64,000 bases of DNA, from the NCBI GenBank assembly GCA_965215195.1, contig CBDCDC010000002.1:608001-672000 (forward strand), read 5' to 3'. How positions within the stretch are numbered: position 1 is the first letter of the stretch; each line of letters opens with the position of its first letter. The notes below the pieces were generated by a model. That model searched no databases. It was given only the letters and a program-made list of their open reading frames with translations, and was not told the DNA's origin. Below are positions 38,999-49,049 of the stretch, one piece after another. The translations under genes were made by a program, and so were the position numbers. Origin of the DNA: Candidatus Latescibacterota bacterium. Lineage in GTDB: Bacteria; Latescibacterota; UBA2968; UBA8231.

Positions 38999-41900
38999 TC
39001 TGCTTGCTCAGCTTGGGTTGCGGTGGCCAACATCTGCTCGGCGACCCCACGGTGGTGGGCTTTGGATTCCTCCGCCAGCGTGTGCCAGAGCAGGAACTCT
39101 TTCCGCAACCCATTGATAAAGCGGTGGTTGACCCGCTGCCAGAAGGTGTCCTGCCCGCTGATCCGCTGAATGTAAATCTCCACGGTATAGACGGATTTGA
39201 CTTCGGTGGGCAAAAATTCGAGCTGCATGAACTGACTTACCCCCATGTCGAACGGCGCCAGCCACAGCAGGAGCTGCACCGCGTACTCCGGCCCGCGCTC
39301 GCCGTCTTCGGCGACCAACTGGACCTTCTCGGCGTAGAAGTCGCCGATGGACTCTTCGCTATAGGCACCGAAATACCCGGCCAAAAAGCCGCATAGGCCG
39401 CGCACTTCCCCCTCGCCGACCATAAAGGGAAACTCCATTTCCCAGCGGTCTCCATCAGGGTCCGGCGGCGTCCAGCGGCGGATGGTGTCGGGCACGGCCG
39501 TGCGGGCCGCTACCCTCGCCGGATAGATAGTCGACAGCAAGACCACGGCCATCACGAGCAGGGCCGAGGAAATCGCCGCCATCGACGAGTAATTGAGGCT
39601 TATGCCCCGTAGCAAATCCAACGCGAGGAGTGCTTTGCCCAAACTCTGGCCGAGAATATAGCCCAAGGTAACGCCAATGATCGCATAGACACAGGCTTCG
39701 GCCACGAAAAGCAGGGCAATGTGCAGCGGTGCCAATCCCACCGACGAATAAATGCCGATTTCGCGGAAGCGCTCATAAACAGCCCCCATCATCGCATTGA
39801 GCACAATCAGCGCGGCGATGAACATCGGTATCACCAAGTCCCCCAATCCCTCGACGTCGGGAGACCCAATCGAGGTGTAAGAAAACACCTTAACGGCCGA
39901 TTCGCCCGGCTCCTGCAGGCCGACAAAGAGCGTAATGGCCAGCCGCAGGAGAAAATCCTCGACCATTTCCTGTGTGTGTGCGCCATCCTCCATCCGCACC
40001 GCCACTGAGCGCAACATGCCCCCGGCCTCGCGCAGCGTTCCGTAGGGCAAGACCAGCACATTGTCGGATTCTAGGTGAATGAACGGGCGAATATCGAGGG
40101 CGGATTCATCTACGGCGATGCTCATCTTGTCCTCGGCCACCGGCCCCAGCGCTTGGGCACTCGACATCTGGAAGTCTGCCGGCGTCAGGGACTCGTCGTC
40201 GAGGTCGCGGGTCGCTTCAAAGAGGTCGGGATCGAATACGCCCCGCACCACCAAATCCCGACCAAACACCCGAACCGTCGCCGTGCCCAGTTCCGCCAGA
40301 CCAATGCCCAGTGCCTCGGCCATGCCCGCGGCCATCAGGCAGGTCGCCTCGTCCTCGCGGGTGAAGAAGCTGCCGGCCACCAGCGCTTGGTCAATGCCGG
40401 TGACGCGCACTTCCTCTGGCATCAGCCCCAGCATCCCGGTCGCCCGCACCATGGAGGTATCGCCGCTGACTTCGATGTACTTTTTCTGCTCGTCGTCAAA
40501 GGCCACATACCAGTTGCGCGGCACGACCACCCCTTCGGTGGCAAAGTGGGAGCGGGCGTAGTCGAGCGTCGGGCGGTTTAGCACATTCCAATTGCGGTCG
40601 CGGATCAGCACCCCTTCGTAGGTGCCCTCGTGGTCCATCGCAAAGGCCATGTAGCGGATCTGGGTGTTGAACGAGGTGAAGGAGAGCACCGTAAAGGTGA
40701 GCAGGACCAAGGTCAGCAAGGTCAGCCCGGTGCGCAGCTTGCGTCGGCGCATATTGGAAATGCCGAGCATAAAGGCCGCGTAGCTGGCGCTGGCGCGGTT
40801 GATATCGGTCTCGTGGACGTGAGCTTCCCTCGCCTGATACGCCTTCATATAGCTGTTGAAGCGGGAGCTAATCATGGCCATGACAAAGGCCGCCATGGCC
40901 ATGATGGCAAAGGCCAGCAAGATCACTAGCGGATGGGCGATGGCAAAGGCCGGATGCACCTGAGAGATGGCGATCCAGATCAAAAGCAACAACCCCCCAA
41001 ACCCGGCGAGCTGCCAGCGAATATCCGCGGCCGCAAACAGCAACCGCTCCCCTAAGAAGGCCGTCGGGATGACCAAGGCGAGAAAGAATACCATGCCGCT
41101 GATGACGTCGTTGAGCGTCTGGAGCACTTCCGGGTACGCGCGCGACGTCACCCCCAGCGCGGCCCGCACGTACCCGACATAGCGCTCCCAATCCCTGGCC
41201 TCTTCGGCCTGTCGCGCCTCTTCGATTAGCCCCTTGCCGCGCTGATGCAACCGGGCCAAGCGCTGGTTTTCAATGGCGTGCTCGCGCAAGGTGCGCAGCC
41301 GCGCCTCGTTGAGCTGCCACATGTCTTCAACAGCCAGCATTCCGGTGCGGACCAGCGATTCCTCTCTCAGCACGTAGCCCCGTCCTCGCGCTTGCTTCTC
41401 GTCTTCGTATCCCTCGCTGTTGAGCAAGAGCAGGCGGTTGTCGACAAGCATTTTGATGCCGTCGTCCTCGTCGGCGTCCTGCGGCCCAAAGACCACCCCG
41501 ACGGCCTCGCCTTCGTCAAATCCCCGCGCCAGTCCAAACTGCTGAGGTGCCACCCCGCTGCGGTCGACGATCTTGATCCCCTTGAACGACCGGAGATAGC
41601 GCGGGTCAATCATGCTGTAGAAGGGCCGCGAGATACTGCGGAAGACGACGATGATCTTTTCGTTGGTATTCCAGCGAATTTTGCTGTCGATCATCCACCC
41701 GTTCACGACCCCGCCGCTGAACTTTTGCGCCCGTTCCGAAAGGTCGGGCGCGAACGCGATTTCCCCGGTCGCCGGATCGACTTGGTAGGCCGCTACGGGA
41801 TAGGCCCCGGTGCGCAAGCCGGCGATGTCGGCCACGCCTTGGCCATCGGTGAGGTGGTACTGGGCCCCGCGAAGTCCCTTGTGCGACTTGAACCAAGGAT

Positions 41901-43398
41901 TAACTACTACAATGGCGTTGGCGATCGGACGGTCCGGCACTTGGCTTTTGCGTGGAAACGAGCGCACCTTGACCCGCAAAGAGCGCAATTTGTCTTTGAG
42001 TACTGGACCAAAGTCTTCGAGGTCGGCAAACAGGGCTTCGTCGTTTACGGCCCGCGCCAGCATGGCGTTGAGCAGGCTGCTCTGGCGGGACAGATTGTCG
42101 ATATTCATCCGCTCGGGTGTATCAAACGGGGTATCGACGATATAGCGGGCGTCGTTGACGGTCACAAACGACAGCGAGATGATCCCAGCAGTCAGCGCCT
42201 GCTCCCCACTGACCGAGACTCCACCCGGTACGAAGGTGGACCAGTCCATGCCGCGAATTGGGCTGATCCCATTGGCCAGCGGCCGCTCCTGCTCCAAGCC
42301 CAACCGAGCGGCCTCCTCCGCGGCATAGGCCGTAAAACGCCGCCCAAAGGGCACGAAGAACCGCTTGAGGTCGTAGCTAAAGGTATTGTTCCAGATCCCC
42401 AGCCCAGCCGACTGACTCGTCAAATCAATGCAGATGAAGAGCTTGGGCTTGAGCGGCTCTTCCATCCGCTCGGCGTAGTAGGGATGGAGGCGGGCGTGGC
42501 GCTCGAGGAAGTGGACAATCCCCTGCTGAGCTTGGAAATGCGCACCCGTGGCCACCAGCACGACCGGCCGCCGCGGGGGATGGCGCACCAGATGCTCGGC
42601 CAGTGCCAGCAGCGCAGCGATGCCGCTGGTCGCTTCGGCCGCCGGCGCCAAGGCCGGCACCACGGACATGCCGTCGTAGTAGCTTTCGATGACAATGGTC
42701 TCGTCGGCCAGCGCCGGATCCGTGCCGGGGAGCCGGCCCCAGATATTCCAAGCCGTCTCGCGCTGCCAGTCCATCCGCCCCTTGAGCACGACTGGAGTTG
42801 GATGCTGGAGCAATCGCTCTTTGAGTTGCAATCCGGCCGCTCGTTCAATCCAAAAGCGCGGGATGTCCAGCGGTGCGGTGGAGTACTTGGCCGCCGCTTG
42901 ATTGCGCGTAGTCTCCTCCGGCTCGATAAAGACGATGGCGCGTGCGCCCAGCGAGGCGGCCTGCAACCAGCGGCTCCAGCTATTGAACTCCATCAGCACC
43001 ACCCGGCCGTCGAGTTCGCGGCCGGCGTAATCGGTCCACTCGCCGTCCCCGCCGTAGATCATCTCTCCCTTGTATTCGGGCAGGGTCGGGGTGCGGACCA
43101 AGTTGGGCCACAGGCCGTAGAGGGCGTAGCGCTCTCCGCTCTCTGGGAGGAGCAACTCGCCGCCTTGGTCGATGGGCACGGTGACTTCAAAGGATTCGCG
43201 GGTCAGCTCGGGCAAGCCGATCTCGCGCAGGCGTTGCTCCACGTAATCTGCGGCCGCAGCCGCCCCGGGATAGCCGCTCACCCTAGAGCCGAGCGACGAC
43301 AGATAAGCGACGGTTTCGCGCACCCCGTCCTCGCGCGCCCAACCGCCGTCTGCGGCTAGCGCGAGAGCGCATAAGATGTAGTACGCCGAGTGCTTCAT
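38995..43398 (-). CDS. Large fusion of an M28-peptidase-like/PA ectodomain with an FtsX/MacB-type permease
   Basis: Signal peptide, GSRVSGYPG, PA-like segment, NIWGRLPG, NMRRRKLRTGLT, VYERFREIGIYSSVGLAP, TIYPA; ATGA-coupled at both ends. Confidence 0.8.
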   Translation of the reverse strand: MKHSAYYILCALALAADGGWAREDGVRETVAYLSSLGSRVSGYPGAAAAADYVEQRLREIGLPELTRESFEVTVPIDQGGELLLPESGERYALYGLWPNLVRTPTLPEYKGEMIYGGDGEWTDYAGRELDGRVVLMEFNSWSRWLQAASLGARAIVFIEPEETTRNQAAAKYSTAPLDIPRFWIERAAGLQLKERLLQHPTPVVLKGRMDWQRETAWNIWGRLPGTDPALADETIVIESYYDGMSVVPALAPAAEATSGIAALLALAEHLVRHPPRRPVVLVATGAHFQAQQGIVHFLERHARLHPYYAERMEEPLKPKLFICIDLTSQSAGLGIWNNTFSYDLKRFFVPFGRRFTAYAAEEAARLGLEQERPLANGISPIRGMDWSTFVPGGVSVSGEQALTAGIISLSFVTVNDARYIVDTPFDTPERMNIDNLSRQSSLLNAMLARAVNDEALFADLEDFGPVLKDKLRSLRVKVRSFPRKSQVPDRPIANAIVVVNPWFKSHKGLRGAQYHLTDGQGVADIAGLRTGAYPVAAYQVDPATGEIAFAPDLSERAQKFSGGVVNGWMIDSKIRWNTNEKIIVVFRSISRPFYSMIDPRYLRSFKGIKIVDRSGVAPQQFGLARGFDEGEAVGVVFGPQDADEDDGIKMLVDNRLLLLNSEGYEDEKQARGRGYVLREESLVRTGMLAVEDMWQLNEARLRTLREHAIENQRLARLHQRGKGLIEEARQAEEARDWERYVGYVRAALGVTSRAYPEVLQTLNDVISGMVFFLALVIPTAFLGERLLFAAADIRWQLAGFGGLLLLIWIAISQVHPAFAIAHPLVILLAFAIMAMAAFVMAMISSRFNSYMKAYQAREAHVHETDINRASASYAAFMLGISNMRRRKLRTGLTLLTLVLLTFTVLSFTSFNTQIRYMAFAMDHEGTYEGVLIRDRNWNVLNRPTLDYARSHFATEGVVVPRNWYVAFDDEQKKYIEVSGDTSMVRATGMLGLMPEEVRVTGIDQALVAGSFFTREDEATCLMAAGMAEALGIGLAELGTATVRVFGRDLVVRGVFDPDLFEATRDLDDESLTPADFQMSSAQALGPVAEDKMSIAVDESALDIRPFIHLESDNVLVLPYGTLREAGGMLRSVAVRMEDGAHTQEMVEDFLLRLAITLFVGLQEPGESAVKVFSYTSIGSPDVEGLGDLVIPMFIAALIVLNAMMGAVYERFREIGIYSSVGLAPLHIALLFVAEACVYAIIGVTLGYILGQSLGKALLALDLLRGISLNYSSMAAISSALLVMAVVLLSTIYPARVAARTAVPDTIRRWTPPDPDGDRWEMEFPFMVGEGEVRGLCGFLAGYFGAYSEESIGDFYAEKVQLVAEDGERGPEYAVQLLLWLAPFDMGVSQFMQLEFLPTEVKSVYTVEIYIQRISGQDTFWQRVNHRFINGLRKEFLLWHTLAEESKAHHRGVAEQMLATATQAEQAE

Positions 43399-45467
43399 AC
43401 CCAAAAAATGGAGTTCCCCACTTTTCCCGTGAAGTAATCTACGACCAGCCACAGTCCATTACACGAAACCTGCCCGCAGATCAGCCCGAGAAAGAACATC
43501 TGACTGCGGCGGTACAAGGCCACCCCGCCAAAGCGCATGATCATCTTCTTGATACACCAAGCCAAGAACACGCTAAACCACACGTGGTTGAGCATGCCGT
43601 TGGCGCCAATGGGAAAGCCGATGGGATGCACCGGCCACCAAGGCAGGCGCTGCCGCGCCCCCATCATCGCCACCATCACCAGCCCACCGCCGGCCAAAAA
43701 CCCCAGCCCCGGCCAGTACGCGCCCGCCGGCTCCATATTGCGGAGCGCGTTGTTGTACGCGGTTTCGGGCGCGCCTTTGAAAAACCAACCGTTGAGGTTT
43801 ACGCCGCCGTGCTGGTAGGCCATGTGAAAAATCATCCAAAACGAACCGAGGGCCCCGATGAACAGCGCGAGAATAATAGCCCAAAACACCAGCCGCCGCA
43901 GCCGCGGCTCCATCTCCTCGATCAGCTTGAGGGCATTGGTGCAGGTCGCCATGACGAACACCCGTATATCCGCGCCCCACATGTAGGCCAACGACAAGTT
44001 CCACACCCCAGTCCGGCTCACCAGATCGGTCCCCAAGCCCAAAATTACCAAATCGGGGGCCGTCATCGGGGCGCGCACGGCCGCTAGGCCGGCTTCGGCC
44101 ACGATCCGCGTTATCCCCAGAAAGACGAGCAAGGCCAAGACGACAAAAACAAACGCCACCCACAGCGGCGTCCCCATGATCCACAGCCACCACGACATGA
44201 CCAAGACCCCGCCCACAGCACCGAAAAATGACCAGCGATAGGACATGATCTCATCCCCATCCTCCACCTCTGGGGCCCAGCCGAGGGCCTTTTTACACAC
44301 ATTGCACAAGTGTTCCCTCCCCACCCACAAACCAACCCCGACCATGGCCAGCAAGGCACCAACCCCTTGATAGGCCATCAGGGAAACGTCGGCTACGCCG
44401 AAGACGACCTTCTGCTCGGACGTCACGCCGGCGAGCGCGAAGAGCTCCTTTTCAAACTTGGCTAAGATGTGAAAAAACCAGATACCGGCGGCGATATTGG
44501 CATTGATGAAGTACGAAAAGCCGATCATGGCGAAGCTGACGACCAAGCTCAAGCTCTGCTTTTCTACTAAGGGTAAGGGCATCGCCCAAGAGAGGGAGAA
44601 AATCGGAAAGGCCGCGTCGTAGCGATGCAGGGCTTGCAGACTGCCGAAAAAGAGCGGCAGACTAAAACCGGCCCACATGGCTGGCTGGCGAAAAAAGGTA
44701 TTGATTGTAAGCCCGCGTTCCTCTCCGCGCACCATGGCCAACCCTACCTGCGTGAGCGGATAGGGCAATCGCTCGCGCTCCATCCACTGCCGGCGGACGA
44801 TGACCGCGACCGACACCATAGTCACGTATAGTGCTAAAAGAAAGACCGCCCACCAGCACAAAGGCTCGACCCACGCCGCGTAGGGAATCGCCTCCCCGGG
44901 GGCCAGCCCTTCGTAAAAGGCCTTGCTGTCGCGCCCATCGTCGACCAGTACCGGGCGCGCGGAAAAATGGGGAAAGAGCACTTCCCGCCACTTGTTTTCC
45001 GGCGAGGCAAAGTAAAACACCGCCGTGATCATCGGCAGAATTTGCTCGCTCAGGCCCATGGTGCAAAGCGCTGAGACGATCAACAGCATGACGTAAACGA
45101 GAATCAGCTCGGCCCGGTTGAGGACCAAACTCCGCCCGGAAAAAACCAATACCATGTTGAGCAGGGACGAGGCGAGGAGGAAGGTGGCAAAGAAAAAACC
45201 TAGGGCAAACGGGTTGAGGGGCGCCGCCCAGCCATAGTAGAAGCCGTAGAGTGCGCACGATACTGCGGCCCAAACTACCGCACCCAGCGGGCTAGCAGCG
45301 ACCTTGAACAGCACATTGAGCAGCCCGATGAGCACTAAAAACAAAAAAATGGCCCCCGGCGTACTGAAGTCCAAGGCCATGTAGGAGCCGCGTATGATCA
45401 TGTTGCCGTACGGAGCGCCGACCGCTAGGAAAAAGCTGAGGAATGACCCCACCCAAAATGCACGCAT
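43395..45467 (-). CDS. DUF6785/DUF6784-like polytopic membrane protein (alternative TTG start at 45557)
   Basis: ELILVYVM, RRQWMERERLPYPL, RIVAEAG, WWPVHPIGF, FFLGLICG. Confidence 0.78.
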   Translation of the reverse strand: MRAFWVGSFLSFFLAVGAPYGNMIIRGSYMALDFSTPGAIFLFLVLIGLLNVLFKVAASPLGAVVWAAVSCALYGFYYGWAAPLNPFALGFFFATFLLASSLLNMVLVFSGRSLVLNRAELILVYVMLLIVSALCTMGLSEQILPMITAVFYFASPENKWREVLFPHFSARPVLVDDGRDSKAFYEGLAPGEAIPYAAWVEPLCWWAVFLLALYVTMVSVAVIVRRQWMERERLPYPLTQVGLAMVRGEERGLTINTFFRQPAMWAGFSLPLFFGSLQALHRYDAAFPIFSLSWAMPLPLVEKQSLSLVVSFAMIGFSYFINANIAAGIWFFHILAKFEKELFALAGVTSEQKVVFGVADVSLMAYQGVGALLAMVGVGLWVGREHLCNVCKKALGWAPEVEDGDEIMSYRWSFFGAVGGVLVMSWWLWIMGTPLWVAFVFVVLALLVFLGITRIVAEAGLAAVRAPMTAPDLVILGLGTDLVSRTGVWNLSLAYMWGADIRVFVMATCTNALKLIEEMEPRLRRLVFWAIILALFIGALGSFWMIFHMAYQHGGVNLNGWFFKGAPETAYNNALRNMEPAGAYWPGLGFLAGGGLVMVAMMGARQRLPWWPVHPIGFPIGANGMLNHVWFSVFLAWCIKKMIMRFGGVALYRRSQMFFLGLICGQVSCNGLWLVVDYFTGKVGNSIFWV

Positions 45468-45672
45468 GGTTAGCCGCTGGGTCCCGGGCGGTGCCAGAAG
45501 GGCTTGGCCGCGCCCGGCGAGGTGGTTCAGGTAGTGGATCGGCAAGCGTCTTAGCAAGTGGAGCTCCCTGCTGTATCGCAATGGCGTATTGTGGTGTATT
45601 ATAATAAGCCGCCTAACCGATTGGGACAACGCGAGTTGACGGCATCGGTATTTGGGAGTTTTTTCCCTAGAT

Positions 45673-46800
45673 ATGGAACTCGACTTCCTCCAGCTCGCCA
45701 AGCCCCTCATCCGCGCCCCCACAGCCCCTTTCCACGAGCATTTTGCCTTTGGCATCGCGCACGCATTCGCAGCCGAGCGGCCTCTAATCCAAGTGCTCGG
45801 CGACCGCGGTGGCAACAGCTTGCTGCTCTACGACGGCCGAGGCCAACAGGAGGAGGACGAATTTCTCGTCTTGACTGCCCATCTCGACCACCCCGGCTTA
45901 GTGTGGAGAACATCGCTGGGGCCAGGCCGAGCGCTGTTCGAAATCCTCGGCGGCGTCGAACTGGAGCAGGCTCTAGCGACGGGCGTGCGCCTATTCGACC
46001 TGAATCGCCCGGCTACCCAGCGCGGCAGCCCCGGGACCATCGTCCGCACGGTGGAAGAGGAAGGAGCGCACTATCCCCTAGTTGAAGTGGTCGCAGCACC
46101 CGATAGCCTCCAAGGCCCGGGGACCTTTGCGATGTGGGATTTGCCGGCCTTTAGGGTGCGGGGGCGGCGCTTGAGCGGGCGGGCGATCGACGATTTGGCC
46201 GGCGCGGCCGTGGCTTTGTGCGTCTTGGATTCCCTAGTCCGCCAGCGAGCCTCGGCCCGCGTCGGCGTCTTGCTCACGCGTGCGGAAGAGGTGGGTTTCG
46301 TGGGTATGCTCGCCGCGCTAGAGGCCAAGTTCTTGCCGCGCCGCGCACTCTACATCAACATCGAGTGCTCTAGCGTGGCGGCTGGAGCGGTGCTGGGCGC
46401 GGGGCCGATCTTGCGGGTGGGCGATCGGCTCTGGGTTTTCGACCCGGACATCAGCAGCGGATTGGCGGCACTGGCCGACGAATTGACCGCCCAACAGCCC
46501 TCTTTCCACTACCAACGCAAGCTGATGGACAGCGGTGCTTGCGAAGCCACTCCCCTCATGCAGGCCGATTACCGCACGGGCGCGGTGGCGCTGCCCCTTG
46601 GCAACTATCACAACTCGGGGCCGGGTGCGCAATTGGCCCCAGAATACATCAGCCTCGACGATGCCTGCGGGCTGGTGCGCCTCCTCGTCCACGTGGCCGA
46701 GCGTGGCCTTGGCACCGGGCTGGCGCATTCGGCCGCTGCGCTCGACTCGATGCTCGCCGACCGACTGGCGCAATACCGCGACCGCCTACTCCCCCTGTAG
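45673..46800 (+). CDS. M20/M28/M42-type metallopeptidase/hydrolase
   Basis: TAHLDHPG, RAIDDLAG, AEEVG, NIECS, GACEAT, NYHN. Confidence 0.82.
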   Translation: MELDFLQLAKPLIRAPTAPFHEHFAFGIAHAFAAERPLIQVLGDRGGNSLLLYDGRGQQEEDEFLVLTAHLDHPGLVWRTSLGPGRALFEILGGVELEQALATGVRLFDLNRPATQRGSPGTIVRTVEEEGAHYPLVEVVAAPDSLQGPGTFAMWDLPAFRVRGRRLSGRAIDDLAGAAVALCVLDSLVRQRASARVGVLLTRAEEVGFVGMLAALEAKFLPRRALYINIECSSVAAGAVLGAGPILRVGDRLWVFDPDISSGLAALADELTAQQPSFHYQRKLMDSGACEATPLMQADYRTGAVALPLGNYHNSGPGAQLAPEYISLDDACGLVRLLVHVAERGLGTGLAHSAAALDSMLADRLAQYRDRLLPL

Positions 46801-46825
46801 CAGCAGGCACTCCACCGCCGCCTTC

Positions 46826-46935
46826 CTACTGAGAAGCAAGTCGCCAGAGCAGGATCGTGCCATCGCCAGACCCATTAGGCTTGTAACTTGAACACCAAGC
46901 AGCCAGCGTATTTCTCGGCGCAAGTCGCGTATGGC
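46826..46935 (-). pseudogene. Relic of the C terminus of a WD40-repeat gene
   Basis: Minus strand reads GSGDGTILLWRLASQ* (46873-46826); REIRWLLGVQVTSL lies just upstream in another frame. Confidence 0.45.
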
Positions 46936-47079
46936 TTGTGCGGTCTGTTCGGCAATGCCTTCTAACCGTCCTAGGCGGCGGTCGTTACTTCTTGACGAAA
47001 CGGGCTACCTCGCCGGGCCTTTTTGGTTGCTGGTCTCTCCAACAAACTCAATTAACGCTCTCGTATAATTGCGAAATAG

Positions 47080-47856
47080 CTAGACGATGGTCCATCCTCC
47101 ATCCACCACCAGCGTGTGGCCGGTTATCATGGCCGCGGCATCCGACGCCAAAAAGATCACCGGGGCCGACATTTCCTCTGGCTCGGCCAAGGCACCGCGC
47201 AGCAAATTTTTGCTCTTCACCGCATCGGCAAAGGCTTGGCTTTCGCGCATCGCGGTTTCGGCCAGCGGCGAGCGGGTCACGGTTGGGGCAACCGCGTTGA
47301 CCCGTATCTGGTACTCGGCCCATTCCGCGGCCATGGTCCGCGTCAGGTTGTTGACCCCGCCCTTGGCACCCGAATAAGGACCGCGCTCCGGCGCACCGAC
47401 CACGCCTGCTTGGGACGAGATATTGACGATATTGCCCCCCTCCCCCTGGGCGATCATTTGCCGCGCGGCAATCTGGCTACAGAAAAACACATTCTTCAGG
47501 TTGGCATCGACGATCAAGTCGTAGAGCGCTTCGTCGTAGTCGAGGATTTTGCCGACCTTGTTGTAGCCGGCGTTGTTGACCAGCACGTCAATCCGCCCCA
47601 AGTGCGCTACGACCGCAGCCATAAAACGCTCGATAGAGCGTACGTCTGTTACGTCGAGTCGGTGGTAGAAGCACGTCCCGCCCGCAGCCTCGATCTCCGC
47701 GGCCAGCGTTTGCAACTCGGCCGTGGTGCGGCTGCCAACGGCCACGCACGCACCTGACTGAACACATTCTAAAGCAATCGTCCGGCCAATCCCCCGGCCA
47801 GCCCCGGTGACAATGACGACCTTTCCTTCTAGACCAAAACGCGCTAGCGGTGGCAT
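47080..47856 (-). CDS. Short-chain dehydrogenase/reductase
   Basis: TGAGRGIG, LVNNAG, NISS, YSGAK, VDGG. Confidence 0.93.
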   Translation of the reverse strand: MPPLARFGLEGKVVIVTGAGRGIGRTIALECVQSGACVAVGSRTTAELQTLAAEIEAAGGTCFYHRLDVTDVRSIERFMAAVVAHLGRIDVLVNNAGYNKVGKILDYDEALYDLIVDANLKNVFFCSQIAARQMIAQGEGGNIVNISSQAGVVGAPERGPYSGAKGGVNNLTRTMAAEWAEYQIRVNAVAPTVTRSPLAETAMRESQAFADAVKSKNLLRGALAEPEEMSAPVIFLASDAAAMITGHTLVVDGGWTIV

Positions 47857-47867
47857 TTTTCCCCTCC

Positions 47868-49049
47868 TCAATAATCGGCGTCGGCGGCCCGTTGCAGCGC
47901 ACCAGCCGGAAAGACCGACACTTTCGCGCCAGCCCGGTGGTGTTTTTCCAATTCGCTCAATACGGCCTCCCAAGTTTTGCAGAAAATAACCCCCGCGCCA
48001 AAGAGCGAGGCCGCATCCCACTTGTTGATCCCTGGCGAAAATAAAAGGGTGCGCCGGGCCGGCTGGCCGGGCTTTCCCCGCAGCGCCGTGCCCGGCCCCA
48101 ACACCGAATGCCAACCCAGCCCCTCCGGGCTAGCCGAGCACATGACGGTCGTCGAGTTTTCCTTGAAGGGGTTTTTCTCGGTTCCGCCCAACGGCGTCAT
48201 GGCCAATCCGGCTTGGCACAGTTCCGTATCCTTGGGAAAGGCGTTGAACACCCCAATGTCAAAGGCGTCGGGCACTTGGGTAGCGTACTGCTCGCGCCCC
48301 AACTCGCAGCCCCGTTCAAAGGCCGCGTCCGTGTCCCCGGCCACCAAGGCCGAGATCTCCAAGCTCTCGTTGAGCAGCGGGTTGACGATATAACGGAGCC
48401 CGGCCATCTTCGCCACCTCGGACAGGTGGGCGCGAAAATTCGCATGCACGTGGCGGTGATTGAGCATGATCGTCTGCTGCCCACAAGCACCGGGGATGAG
48501 CAATTTGGCCCCGCCGCCGAACATCCCCCCGCGCGGCGTGATCATCCCCAAGGCGATGCGGACCTCGCAGGAGGTCATATCGCGGTTGACCCAAATCGGC
48601 ACCCCGCGGCTGGAGTAGCCTAAAAATTCCAAGTTCTCGTACGCATTGTGGTTGAGCACCTGCATGGTGTCGACGATGTCCAACCCGATCTTCTTGACCA
48701 AGTCGTCGCGGGTCATCGGGCGGTGGGCCGCTAAGGCGCAGATGATCTTTACCGCGTCGGCCCCAATCCCGGCCGCGGCTAGCTCCTCGAGGATATATGG
48801 CAAGAGCCGAAAAGCCGGCGTGGGGCGCGACAGGTCGTCCACCAAGATGGCCGCCGAAGACCGGCCGCGGGCGAATTCGCGCAGGGGTGGAGCGCCGATG
48901 GCCTCTTGCAGGGCCCGGCGAATCCCGGCGTCGCCAATGTCCGGCCCGCCCCGCATGTGGTGTACCGCCACTTCCCAGCGGTCGGGAAACTCCATTTTGA
49001 ACGGGGCCTTGCCGTACCAAGCGGCCCAAGGGACGAGAATTTCCTGCAT
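47868..49049 (-). CDS. LarA-family (nickel-pincer) racemase/epimerase homolog
   Basis: PPLREF, DDLSRPTP, AAHRPM, GGGAKLLIPG, NH; ATG after AAAGGAG. Confidence 0.82.
   Translation of the reverse strand: MQEILVPWAAWYGKAPFKMEFPDRWEVAVHHMRGGPDIGDAGIRRALQEAIGAPPLREFARGRSSAAILVDDLSRPTPAFRLLPYILEELAAAGIGADAVKIICALAAHRPMTRDDLVKKIGLDIVDTMQVLNHNAYENLEFLGYSSRGVPIWVNRDMTSCEVRIALGMITPRGGMFGGGAKLLIPGACGQQTIMLNHRHVHANFRAHLSEVAKMAGLRYIVNPLLNESLEISALVAGDTDAAFERGCELGREQYATQVPDAFDIGVFNAFPKDTELCQAGLAMTPLGGTEKNPFKENSTTVMCSASPEGLGWHSVLGPGTALRGKPGQPARRTLLFSPGINKWDAASLFGAGVIFCKTWEAVLSELEKHHRAGAKVSVFPAGALQRAADADY

Noticed and set aside
41245-43359. 704-aa plus-strand ORF
   Set aside because: Antisense shadow of the M28/FtsX gene in GC-rich DNA; no recognisable motifs
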